A DNA stretch of 64,000 nucleotides from Entomortierella parvispora E1425. Taxonomy: Eukaryota > Fungi > Mortierellomycota. The notes beneath the pieces were generated by a model. That model was given only the letters and a program-made list of their open reading frames with translations, ran no database searches and was not told the DNA's origin. The position numbers and the translations under genes are program-made. Of the stretch, positions 1 to 12,292 are shown piece after piece. The stretch is taken from contig BQFW01000005.1 in assembly GCA_020891255.1 (NCBI GenBank), positions 372,001-436,000 of the forward strand, given 5' to 3'. How positions within the stretch are numbered: the first letter of the stretch is position 1; every line of letters starts with the position of its first letter.

Positions 1-2508
1 GAATTTCTGAAATCAAGTGTATTTTAGGTAAATTCGCATACAGTGACCAACATTGAGTAAATGAAAGACCAAGGGCATGCCTGCTAACAGCTCTAATTAT
101 TACCTCCGCAACCCACTTCTAGCCGGTTTCATTATGAAGGGATATCTCGGAGGATGGACGCTTGTCATCAAAAGTCTAGGACTCGCCATGTCTGTGGCCG
201 CCAACCTGAGTGTCGGAAAGGAGGGACCTTCGATCCATATTGCCTGCTGTGCTGGTCATGTCGTCTCGAGATTGTTCCCCAAATACCAAAGGAGTAGAGC
301 CAAATCAAGAGAAATCATTTCTGCTTCAGCTGCTGCAGGTGTGGCTGTTGCTTTCGGCGCACCGATTGGTGGTGTTCTCTTCTCATTTGAGGAAATGAGC
401 AACCATTTCCCAGCAAAGACTATGTGGAGAAGTTTCTTTTGTGCTTTGGTTGCGACCGTCACGCTGCAGACCATGAACCCTTACCGAACCGGAAAGTTGG
501 TCATGTTCCAAGTCTCTTATGATCGCGACTGGCACTTTTTCGAGATGATTTTTTTCGTGCTCCTCGGAATCTTTGGGGTAAGCAGACGGCTTTTCAATGG
601 GCACTATGATCGACTCCACTCATAACTTCCCTTCCCTTCTAACTTGTCCATATATCACAATGTAACCGTTGATAGGGTCTCTATGGTGCTCTGATCATCA
701 AATACAACGTCAAAGTGCAGCATGTCAGGAAAAAGTACCTTGCAGACTATGGCGTGATCGAGGCTGCGACTCTGGCGTTCTTGACATGCACATTCGCCTA
801 CTGGAACATTTTCATGAAGATTGACATGGCGGAAAGCATGAATATTTTGTTCCGCGAGTGCGAGGGATCAGAGGATTACATGGGGCTCTGTAAGCCAGAG
901 AACACTTGGAAGATGGTGGCGCTGCTCTTCTTTGCGCTTATCATGCGAATCTTGACTTGTACCATTTCATACGGTGCCAAGGTCCCTGCTGGTATTTTCG
1001 TACCCTCCATGGCCATCGGAGCGTTGTTTGGACGGATGGTTGGTTTGATCGTACGAGCCACCCAGGTAGCCTACCCAGGATTTGTTCTCTTCTCGAGCTG
1101 CAAACCAGATGTACCCTGTATTACTCCCGGGACCTATGCTTTTCTGGGCGCAGCAGCAGCCCTCGGAGGCGTCATGCGACTGACGGTGTGTGTCGTGGTC
1201 ATCATGTTTGAGCTGACGGGAGCGCTCAACTATATCCTTCCAACAATGATCACATTGATGGTGACCAAGACTGTAGGCGATTATTTCGGACGTGGCGGCA
1301 TTGCGGATCGATACATTCGACTGAACGGATACCCCTTCTTGGACAAGGAAGAGCACAGTTTCGGCATTGCAGTCTCACAAGTGATGCAAAAGGACGTCAC
1401 GATCTTGCCGGCATCCGGGACACGGTTGGATCGCGTGGAGAGACTGTTGGCCGACACCAATTACCAAGGATTCCCAATCGTCGAAGATTCGACTTCAAGG
1501 ACCCTGATTGGATACATTGGTCGGCAAGAGTTGCGCTATGTGATTGACAAGGCAAAGAGGACTCGGCAGGTATCTCCAATGGCGCATTGCTTCTTTAGGC
1601 CGGGAAGCATGGAATCGAGGCAACATATGGATCAAGGCGCTCCTGGGTCAATGGGTGGCATGGACCACACAAGCACATCGGACGCCAGAAGACGTGGATC
1701 GATCCATGAGGCTGGTACCTCAAGTGAGCACTTTGAACACGAAACCAACTATGTCGACTTTGGACCATTCATTGATCAGGTATGAGAGTGGAGTTACTTG
1801 AAGCAAGATGTATGTTAAATAGATGAAAAACTAAAACCATTTCTTTCACTCTGATAGACGCCTATTGCTGTGCATCCCAAGTTACCATTGGAGACTGTGA
1901 TGGAATTTTTCAAAAAGATGGGCCCGCGTGTTATCTTGGTGGAGCACCAAGGAAAACTTGTTGGACTGATCACCATCAAGGATCTGTTGAAATATATCAC
2001 AAGGACGGAAGCCCTGGATGAGGAAGAAGAGGAACATGAAATCCCAGGGAGCACCTTTGGTGGGCGATACCGCGGTGGAGATCTAGGAAGCTCTGGTACC
2101 TCTTCCCAGTGGTGGTCTTCGCTCAGCCAACGGCATTCTTCTCAACCACCAAGACGTAGCAGTGCTCCGAGTGGCCACGGTGTTGGAACTCGGGCATCAC
2201 CACCGACTGCCTCCTCTTCACCGGCAGTTGGAAGTGGTGGAGGTCATCATGGAAAGGGAATCCAAGGAACGTCCATCACACGACCTGGCAGAAGCTCTAG
2301 TGTCAGTGGCATGACGATGGCGAGCTCAATAGGGTCGTTCCGCGATAGAATCGAATTGACAGAGCAGGATCATCGGGATATCCTGTTCGACCATGACGAG
2401 TTTGAAGCAGAGTTTGCCGATGATGGTCATCTTGAAAACGACGACGACAACGATCTCTATGACCAGGATGAAGATGAAGTCCAATTGCCAAGCTACGACC
2501 GCAGATAA
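1..2508 (+). CDS. CLC-family Cl-/H+ antiporter (Gef1-like) with C-terminal CBS domains; 5'-truncated by window edge; introns about 28-122, 578-675, 1780-1857
   Basis: Spliced reading gives ISEIKCILAGFIMKGYLG, GKEGP (gating Glu), GGVLFSFEE, GIFVPSM and CBS-type segments (GFPIV, LVGLITIKDLL). GT-AG introns restore the frame. Confidence 0.93.
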
Positions 2509-2743
2509 AAAAACACACTCACACACATTAAAAAAACACACCACTCTCTTCAAATCAAAGAAAAAACCGTGCCCTGAGTTATCTTCAAGTATCGTCGTTC
2601 ATTCAACAACAAACAAAAACAAAAAGACAAAAGACAACAGTCTATGGTCGCGATTATTTTTTTTTAGGTATGGAGGAAGCCATTGTCATCATTCTCTCTT
2701 TAATTTAAAAAAAAAGAGTGGACACAACTATTCAATCCATAAT

Positions 2744-3635
2744 TTACTTCTGGTAGTTCCAGACCATGGACAACACTATTTTGAGAAGAGAGAAAAGGAG
2801 CAAACAAAAAAAAAAGAGTGAGTATTTGTGATCACTGCATGCCTTGTACGACCAAGTAATAAAAAAAACACAAGACAAGAGTACGTACAACCATCCTTGG
2901 TGGCAAGGCGGTTAACGGAGTCATCAGCCTCGGACTGGGCACGGACGTATCCAGAAAGGGCATAGGTGGTGAAGGTGCGGTTGTAGAGACCGTTCTCGTC
3001 AACACCTCCGATGTTGATCTGGACCGAGGCGTGGTCCTTGGCGCCAATGAGGCGGTTAGTGGCGGAGCTGAGAGAATAGAAAAAAGAGGGAATATTGTCA
3101 GTTTCCAAGTTGCATAGTTATTTTTTTCCTGATGTACTGAATATTGAGGGTCATCTGTGGATCGTCCGTTGGATTCTGAAATGATCTCTGACCATGGAGG
3201 TGGATGGATCCTTGCGACTGAACGAGATGATGAAAAGTTGATTTCGGAGTCGAAAGAGTTTGTTGAATTGTTGTGATCCAACGACTTTTGTGATCGAATG
3301 AAAAAACACAGATCAAATGATCATTCATTGCATCTAATCATTGGATCAGTCGTCTGGCACTGACAATGTCGAGATCTTTCCTGTGAGAATGAGATTCAGA
3401 ATTGGTCATGGCGACAGCATTCCGATTCCGAAGACTCATTTCCCATGATCCTGAATTGTTTTTTTTCCCGACTTTTTTTTTTGTCCATGACCGGATGATG
3501 ATCTCTCCAGGGTTGGGGATCCTGATCGTCCTGTCCTTGTGGTCCTTTGATATCCAGTCCAAGTCCAAGAAGAGGGAAAGAGCCATACCACTTGCGGGGG
3601 ACGTAGGTCTCGAGGGTGATCTGGGGAGTCTCCAT
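2744..3635 (-). CDS. RPS21: 40S ribosomal protein S21 (eS21); exons 3635-3589, 3067-2889, 2775-2744
   Basis: Spliced product [34 protein letters not shown]...[18 protein letters not shown] carries the eS21 signature [20 protein letters not shown]. Splice sites are canonical. Confidence 0.95.
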
Positions 3636-4048
3636 TTTGAAAGTAAGAAGGTGGGATCTTTAAAGCAAGAATAAGAGGAAGAATCCAAACAGAGATGCCG
3701 ATCGCTGACAGATTATGAAGGCAAAAAAAAAAAATTGTTTGGGTCATGTGACTTTATCGTGACTGGTGTTAGTTGGATTTAAATATTCGTTATTTCCCAG
3801 CTGTTTTGTTTTTTGGTGGCAACAACCATATCGATTCTCGATGAGTCCTTGACAGAGACAAAGTCTTTCTTTCTCCGCCCCGACCACCACCAGCTGCCCG
3901 CGTCCGTTTGGTTCTTGCTCGACTACCCCGCACTTTCTCGATTTCCTTTTTCTCTTCTCTTCTTTTTTCTCTCCTCTTCTTCTTTCAGTCGTTTGTCTCC
4001 TCAACACTCCTTCCCCTCCTCAATCCAACCCAACTCTTTGTTTTCACA

Positions 4049-5388
4049 ATGTCGGCCGTCGTCACTACCTCATGCCCTGATCTCGAGCTCATTGCCTCTG
4101 GCAAAGTCCGTGATCTCTACCGTATTGATGCCTCCACCTTGCTCTTTGTCGCTACTGACAGAATCAGCGCCTTTGATGTCATCATGGACAATGTAAGTCT
4201 TGGTTCATGCCTGAGTATGACTCACTCTTGCTCATTCTGGCACACGCCGCTTTGAAGTAGACCTTGGGGTCTCACAGTTTGTGTTTATTTGGTTTTTTTC
4301 TCATTCTTTTTTTTTTTTTTTTTTTTTTTTTTGTTTTAATAGGGCATCCCCAACAAGGGAAAGTTGTTGACCGAGATCAGCATCTTTTGGTTCTCGCTCC
4401 TGAAGGATGTCTTGCCCAATCACTTTATCACTGCCAACTTTGACGAGTTCCCTGCCAAGGTTCAGCCTTACCGTGCTCAACTTGAGGGACGATCCATGCT
4501 TGTGAAGTCCCTTCGTGTCCTCCCCATCGAGTCCATTGTCCGTGGATACATCACCGGTAACCTTCCCCGATAAGCTGGAAAGAGTGAATTGGCTCTTGTT
4601 GTTAGTTCACAAAGGACTCACCTAGATGAATTTTTCTTCTCTAATAGGATCTGCCTGGTCAGAGTACAAGAAGAAGGGCACTGTTTGCGACATTCAATTG
4701 CCCGCGGGCATGCAGCAGAGCCAGGCTTTCCCTGAGCCCCTTTGGACCCCCAGTACCAAGGCTGAGATTGGCGACCATGATGAGAACATTCACCCCAGCA
4801 AAGCCGCTGGTATCATTGGCGAGAAGCATGCGGCCGATATGGCCCGTATCTCTGTTGAGCTTTACACCAAGGCTAGAGATTACGCTTTGGAGAGAGGCAT
4901 CATCATTGCCGATACCAAGTTTGAGTTTGGTGTGGATGAGAACGATACCCTGTACTTGATCGATGAGGTCTTGACTCCTGGTAAGCTTCATGGAACACAA
5001 GGAGACAGTGTGAAGAATGACTGGCCGATAGAAAGTATTCGTTTGTTCAGAAAAAACTGACCATGTTCTTGTTTGACTTTGGTAGACTCCTCTCGCTTCT
5101 GGCCTGCGTCCTCCTACAAGTTGGGTGTTGAACAAGACAGGTAAGATATCCGGATCAAACTGCCCTAGAGAATAATGAATTCTTATGAGAAGCCAAGCTC
5201 TGACCATTCACTTCATTAACATGGTCGCTAGCTTTGACAAGCAATACCTCCGCAACTACCTCTTGAACTCTGGATTCGACAAGAACAAGGATAAGGGCAT
5301 CACTTTGCCCGAGGATATCATTGCCGAGACCATGAAGAAATACCAGGAGGCCTACAAGCTTCTTACCGGCAAGGATGCCCAGCTTTAA
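4049..5388 (+). CDS. ADE1: SAICAR synthetase (phosphoribosylaminoimidazolesuccinocarboxamide synthase), multi-exon
   Basis: Motifs [57 protein letters not shown](D)SSRFW and FDKQYLR across GT-AG-bounded exons. Confidence 0.95.
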
Positions 5389-5567
5389 ACTCCAAGCATG
5401 GAAGTAAAGCATTTCATTCGTTTCATATTTTTTTTCGTTCAATAATCAAAACAAGTTCATCAAGGTATATTACAATTTCGAGAGGTTAGAGTACAGGAGG
5501 ATGAAGCGGAATATGAACAAAAAAAAGTGTTGTTGAGAAAGAAACGCAGGAAAAGATGGTAGGGTCG

Positions 5568-6986
5568 TTAGTGATAGAGTCGCACAATGGAGGACCGTTT
5601 CACTTTCCGGTTGCAGCAGGGGCAATTGCCGTACTGTTTCTTGGTTATCTTGAAGAGATTTTCTGCTTCGGGTTCTTCGTCTTTGGTGGGATCTCGCTCG
5701 GAGGCATCAGCATCTGTACCTCCATCGCCTACTGCCGGCGCAGATATTGCCGACTTGGCAGACCCCTTGTTCTTGGCACGACCCTTGCCCCTTCCATTCT
5801 TGCTTGGGGAGACCTTGGTATCTTGGTTGGGTTTGATCTCAGTCTTGGTTATGAACAAGCTGTCTACGCAGTCGCCACAGATGACGTGGCCACATCCCCA
5901 GATGACCCAAAGCTCCGCAGTTTCCACTCCTGAATGCCCGAAGGGTAGTTGACATGCGGGGCAAATCACCACGGTATCAACCGTCAGTGCTTTCGTGAAA
6001 CCTGGCTCTAGCTCGTCAGTGGTATCCGGTCTTGACGCTGCCGCCGCTGCCCTTGCTTCTGCCGCCACAGCCTGGGCTCTATCTTCCATCTCCTGATGCA
6101 GTCGATAGAAATCAATCTCGTCATTGGGATCATCTCGAAACATGGATTCGGATCGTTGTCGGATACGTCTTTCATCTCTTGCACGAACAAACTGGTCAAA
6201 CGCTGAGAGTTGTCCTACACCGACGAGACCCAGCATACCTAAAATAGCATCATCCAGCACTCGGAGAGGTCCACGCCGTTGCCTTTGCCGATTACGTTGT
6301 TGCTGCTGCCGCTGTTGTTGAGGCGGTGCTTGCTCATCGTGCATTGAGTTGTTGTAAGGGTGTGGACGAACGACATGATGATGGTGGTGGTGGTGGTGCT
6401 GTACCCGGCCGCCTGATGCAATAGCCGCTGCGATTTGGGCATCCACAGAATGACTTGCCCTCCTTGCTGCCCGTGCTCGAGCCGTTGCCTCTGCCAGCAT
6501 TGGGTCATGATTCCGACTTGCCTCTGGGTGACCTCTGATATCTGTATCATCGTCTGTGCCAAAGGGATTCTCCAGCTCTTCCCTCCTCCCATTCCTGTCA
6601 TGTCTGCGTGTCACATATTCGTTTTCTTCAATCCGTTGCGGTCGAGGAGCTCTTGGCATCACTGGAACCCTGCCCCAGTTGAAGTAATCGTGTAAACTTG
6701 AAGGTCCTGGCTGTGCGGGGTTCTCTCTGACAAAGAGGACGTCATCGCCATCACCGTCGCTGTCATCTCCACTGCTGATATAGTTGTTGTTGTTACTGTG
6801 GCTGTTGCCGCCATAGTCCGAATCCTCATCGTTGCTATCAATTTCGATGATTTCGACCGATCGAGTAGGGAGCGTCAAAGGGGCTCGAGCCTGAGGCGGC
6901 TCCGGCGGTCCTGTTAAATCGATTGTGGGTGGTGCCCTTGTCCAATCCGGCATGGCCATTTCTCTCTGCTGCTGAATGTCATTCAT
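5568..6986 (-). CDS. C-terminal RING-finger protein with N-terminal SUMO-interacting-like motifs; putative SUMO-targeted ubiquitin ligase (RNF4/Slx8/Rfp-like)
   Basis: CPAC...GCGHVICGDC...CPCC followed by IVRLYH at the C-terminus. Hydrophobic/acidic SIM-like motifs PTIDLT, VEIIEIDSNDEDSD and DDVLFV. Likely start at MNDIQ. Confidence 0.7.
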   Translation of the reverse strand: MNDIQQQREMAMPDWTRAPPTIDLTGPPEPPQARAPLTLPTRSVEIIEIDSNDEDSDYGGNSHSNNNNYISSGDDSDGDGDDVLFVRENPAQPGPSSLHDYFNWGRVPVMPRAPRPQRIEENEYVTRRHDRNGRREELENPFGTDDDTDIRGHPEASRNHDPMLAEATARARAARRASHSVDAQIAAAIASGGRVQHHHHHHHHVVRPHPYNNSMHDEQAPPQQQRQQQQRNRQRQRRGPLRVLDDAILGMLGLVGVGQLSAFDQFVRARDERRIRQRSESMFRDDPNDEIDFYRLHQEMEDRAQAVAAEARAAAAASRPDTTDELEPGFTKALTVDTVVICPACQLPFGHSGVETAELWVIWGCGHVICGDCVDSLFITKTEIKPNQDTKVSPSKNGRGKGRAKNKGSAKSAISAPAVGDGGTDADASERDPTKDEEPEAENLFKITKKQYGNCPCCNRKVKRSSIVRLYH

Positions 6987-7537
6987 TGAGAAGGGAGGGT
7001 GAGGAAAGAAATGAAAGTGGGAAAGAAAGTTAGCTTGTATTTCTTTTTCGGCGAAAAAGAACCAAAAAGGCAAGAAAGGGCGTGGTGGCCCATGTTTCTG
7101 GCTTCTTCTAAATGTGCTGTCCTGGCTTTGACTGGCTGTTCATTTTGCTTACAAATACACGAGGTGTTTGGTTTGACCTTGACATTGGCGATGGATGGAA
7201 TTGTATTCTCCTCACTTTCTCTGTTGCTCTCACTCCTTCCTCCAGGAAATGCTCAGACTTGATTGATCGCGCAGGCCAAGTTTGCTATGCTTTTTTCTTC
7301 AAAGAACAATGGAGAAATGGAGAGGGCAGAGTAAAGAGTACAGGGGACAGGGGACAGGGGACAGGGAACAGGGGACAAGGAAGAGGTACAATGTCAGATG
7401 GGACTGATTAAGAGGTGATGCAGAAGAGCAGTGGATGGGTGGAGGAGAGTCCAAATTCATAGCAGGAGACCTTTTTGACATCGACGATAAATTAAATTTT
7501 ATTCCCAGAACTTTGACGTCACCATATCTTGAATACT

Positions 7538-8430
7538 TTAATCCAGAATTGCGCCCAGCCGTGTTGCCTGCTGCAGCAAGAGCAGCTCCTTGAGCTCCAT
7601 GAACTGACTGTGTGCCTGCTTCTGCTGTTCCGTCAGTTGCTGTTTCAATTGGTCGACCTGCGTCTTGAGATCAGAGATCATTTCCTTGTTCTGCTTCTCT
7701 TGGTCCTCCAACTCCCTTTCAAGCTTTAGTTCCTTGCCCTTCAGGGCTGCCTCGGCTGTGGTCGAGGATCCTGCAACGGCTGTCTCCCCTTCCTCATCCT
7801 TCTTCTTTTCGCTATCTGCCACAGAAGATTTCTCGGCCTTTTCGTCCTGGCTCTCCCCCCTCCCTTCTTCTTTCTTCTCATCCCCATCCTCATCTTCATC
7901 GTCATCATCATCCTCTCCGTTGTCACGCGCCCAACGTTTGAAGATGGAAGGATCCGTCTCACAAACACGAACAACACCCTCAGAACTAGTATCATACTTG
8001 TCCTGGTAGTCCCTGACCTGTTTTTCCGTCGCCGTGTAGTAGATGACACTCGGGAAACAATTATAGGTTTGACGGAACCCGGGGATCTGATAGGACATGT
8101 TCTCGGCCGACTCAATATATCGAAGACGAGACTCGATCCAAACCAAACGCCAGCTGTCTCCTCCTTTGTCAAAGGCCACATTCACCAGCGCTGTTGAGAT
8201 TGTATATAAAACGGAGGAGCAGTTAGAACGATTGTCTGACTAGTTATCGTAGAAACGGTTGAGGAAATGAGTATCGAAATAGGAGAACTTACAAATCAAT
8301 ACGTTCATCATCAAAATGACCGTGAAGAAGAAGAACGCGATCATCAAAACTTGGAATCCGACGTCGTTTTGATTCCCAAACTCATTTTGGACCGGATTGA
8401 ACTGTCCACTCTGGTTTTGTTCAAAAAAAA

Positions 8431-8462
<32 letters not shown>

Positions 8463-11400
8463 GGCGTCAGATCGCTAGAATTGGTCTTTCATCGCTCATC
8501 GTAAAACAAGCCTCCTACGGTCATGAGAAGCCATGCACTCACCATAAAAAAGTACGTCGCCGACACGGCAAAGAAAAAGTTCTTTGGGAAATCGGTACCT
8601 GTGGTGCAGTTGGGCTCCAGGACCAGATCACATCTGCAAGTTGGGTCTGTCGAACACGCCGTTGTGATGTGCAAGGTCGAGATTGCAAAAGCCACGATAC
8701 CGCACGCGAAAACAAAGAAGAATACTCGGATCTCAACAACGGCTTGTTGAATAATCGTCACGTATTTGCACACAGACTTGTTGATCCGCAACTCGAACAG
8801 CAGATGCAAGGACACTGCCAAAACCGAGAAACTGATGACTGCCACACTGCCTTCCCGTTTGTCGTTGTAAATATTCCAGAGTTGTTGTGCACTTCCTCCT
8901 AGAGGCAATGAGAACGTGATTATGTCCAAAAGGTTGTAAAGGGACCTAGAAATGAATCGACTGATGGTTAGAGAGTTGAAAAGGAGGCAATTGAAGATAC
9001 CAACATTCTCAGAGAGAATAAAGTGAGAGCACATGTTCTGGACATACCCTTCGTACTGCTGAAAGTTGTAAATGGCTTGCAAAAACTCGAGCCAGAGAAA
9101 GATGCTGGCTGCAACAATTATGAGAATAAACAGGGCCGCAAGTTGTGAAGGGTCATGGTAATAGACCTGAAGCAGCGCCGCCATCACCACCAATGTGTAA
9201 AAACAGCACTGGCTGACAAACCGAACCATCCAGTAGTTGAAACCGATCGTGTTCCTAGAGGGATTTGTGTGCGTGTCCAAGCCCAATGCACTCGGTTAGA
9301 TAATGAATAGAAAAAAAGAAAAAAAAAAACAGACCCAGGAGAAAACAATGATGATTACCATTTGTACGCGACCAACGCCGCAATGGCAGGATTATCGAAA
9401 TACTCCAAGCTGAAGTCGTAGGATTCCACGTAAGTATGTGTCCTCAGTTGCAGAACACCCATCAACATGTAGTACAAAATCTTCCACGCGTTGGTTTTTT
9501 GATGTTCTTCAACCACGACAGCACCTGTGGCCTCTCCAACCTCCTCCCCCTTGTCATTAGATGTGTCTGGGTTTTCCCCTGCATACAGAGCTTTCTCGCT
9601 AATAGAACGTTTGAACTCGGTGCTCTTTCTGACTGATTTCGATCTGGTCCCAGTTCCAGATTGTGCAGGTCGGTCCTTGTAGTCCCACAAGGCATCAAAT
9701 GAAGCCATAAAGACTTCCTTTGTAAAAGCGTCGTTCGCCGGATCATCTTTTGACTCTGAGAAATGCAATTGCATGATCGGACCCGACATCTTGATCAGCG
9801 GTGTTTTGTCGCTCTTCCAGAATCGAAGCTTCAATTTGGGAGGATAGGCGATGATGTGGTTATTCAAGATATAGTTCCTTTGAGGCGCTGGCAAGTATGC
9901 CACGCGGGCCAACTGCTGGAGAGCCCTTTCTGGGTACAGCTCCATGATCAGACGCATGTTCATGAAGACTGGGCTTAAAAACGACAGGTTCCGAGACTGG
10001 ACAGCGTGCTTGACACAGTAATCAATGATCACCTCTGTCGCCAAACGGGCTGAAGGTTGTTTTTTAACCCTATCGAGCATGATCTTGAGGGGGTCTCCGT
10101 CCATGTCACCATGGACATCAGGAATCCAAGTAATACGGTCCGGGGGAAGCAATTCGACAAAGATCAACTCAAAGAACTCTCTTGTCTTATAACTCCAGAT
10201 ATTGGCTAGTTCGACGATACATGATGTTTCGTTTGTGGTCGCCGGCCGGATCTTGGGCTTCAAGTATTCGATGACCGCACTTCGGCAAGAGACATCCCCA
10301 TCTAGATAGATATCCACCAGCCCTCGCAAACCCAATCGGACGCACTCTTCCTCCGTATATGAATGCTGGTCGTCTGTGCTGTAGGGTATTGACATTGGAC
10401 TAGATGGAACCACTTCGTCGGGCACTTCGGGAGTGTAAGTCTCCCGATCATACCAGACTGGAGGCACCACGTGGACCCTCATTTTTTCTCCGTGGATACA
10501 AGCCATGGGATAGTCGAAGATAGTCTCGCAAATGAAGTCCTTATGATCACTGTCATCCACAAACTTCCAGATCCGTTCCAGAGTGCCAACTTTTTTGTCC
10601 AGGGCAGAAAGCCGCCACACATGGAGGTAGAGGCCCGCCATGAGTACCAGCTTGGATGAAGGCGCATGGAAGAAATAGTGGCAGTTGCGATTGTACGAAC
10701 CATTCACAATCGTTATAGAACCTCCAGTCCTGCCGTTGGCAGTCTCCGAGTGGATGGTAATAAGATCCCTGATTTCACCTCGAGATCGACTGGAAGAACC
10801 CAGGATGCGAAATTTCTCGCCCGCAGTTGACTTGTGACTGTAGTCGCACCCTGCAAACAGCTGAGCATTTACAGCGGCTTCTAACTCACAGGCATCGGAG
10901 CATCCTGCGTAGACTGGCGGAGGCATGAGAAAATTGTTGGCGCGCTTGATCCTGCAAACTGTTCCCTGTTATTTGTCGAGGACAAAAGTTAGTCCTGTTG
11001 GTACAACTTCGACCAACACACTGCTGGGAGCCGAATGTTTCTTATTACCTGACTGCAGCTTAAGATTTGGCTTTCCCGAAGGCTACTCCCCTCCAACTCG
11101 TAGAACGGAGAGATGAAGATGTTCTTCATGATAGCCATGTCTGCGAAGCTGACGAGACTAATGCAATTGGTAAGATAGTCCTCCTCGGCCGTTGAAGCTT
11201 TCTTATTTCGGACACTGAAATGGTTCTGGTGAGTGTTGATCTCGCGAAAGTTTGTGGTTTGGTCGAGTCCAGTCTTGTAGACGCCCAGTTTGATGCCCGT
11301 CATGGTTTGATAAAGCGACAACACCCCCTTCGAAGCAACCAAGGTCATGGATCCGTCCATTGAAAGGACGGTCATGATATCAGATGTGTCTTCATCGACC

Positions 11401-12261
11401 GCAAAATGTGTGACATCCTTGCCTGTCTCGATATCCCAGATCGATACCATGCCGCTGTATCCAGCCCAGGCCATAAACCTCCCCTGGATACTCTCAAGCA
11501 GGGACAAGCGGCTGAGAAGACGATATTCGGACGAGATCCTGATCCTGTGCATCAGCGTCCAACGTTCCGTAGAAGTGTCATATACAGAAATCGTAAGACT
11601 GTCGGAAAAGATGAATCGTTCGTGCTTTTCGTCCATGTTCTTCCTGTCACTGATGTTGAACGATCCATTGCCATACACCTCCCGAAGCTCCTCCTCATCC
11701 TCGCAGATATGTGGAGCTCGCTCCAGCTCCCAAGGCTGAGAGAAACTTCCGTCTGTAGGGGCTTTGGGTCTACAACGGAAGACACTGGACGGAATCGAAT
11801 AATCCTTCTTTTTTTGACTGCCAAACAGTGCAATCTTGGATCCATAATACGAGACGGACAGGCTGACTTCGCCATCCGTGTCGGTTCCGTCTGTAAGCTT
11901 TTTTGGAAACGCAAAGGAGGTGCACGCTAGTGGAATGGTGATCTGTTGAGGCTCGCCACCCGCCGATTCCATCGTCGTCGTAATAGGGGGGGCTGCTTCA
12001 ATATTCCATAGTTCCAAGTTGGCGCAACCTGAAGCGAACGAAAGGGTGACGAGATAAAGTCCTGAATCGGAAACATCGTACGTGTGGACAGTGTACGTCT
12101 GGTCGATCTCTGTGGGCTGCGTGACATTAATGATCTGATCAGGGATACCTTCGCCATAGAGGACCTTATCTGAAATAGAGAGAAAACGTCAATTTGAAAG
12201 GAGAGAATTCGTCAAACATGCAAACATGGCGCGTATGGCCCTTGCACAGAAACTGATTCGG

Positions 12262-12292
<31 letters not shown>

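Noticed and set aside
3345-3455. Box C/D snoRNA in the RPS21 intron (CTGA plus GGATC/GATCC terminal stem; CTGACAATGTC resembles an LSU rRNA antisense element)
   Set aside because: There is no convincing RUGAUGA C box on the sense strand, and the putative guide lies on the antisense strand. Kept only as part of the GATC/structure finding.
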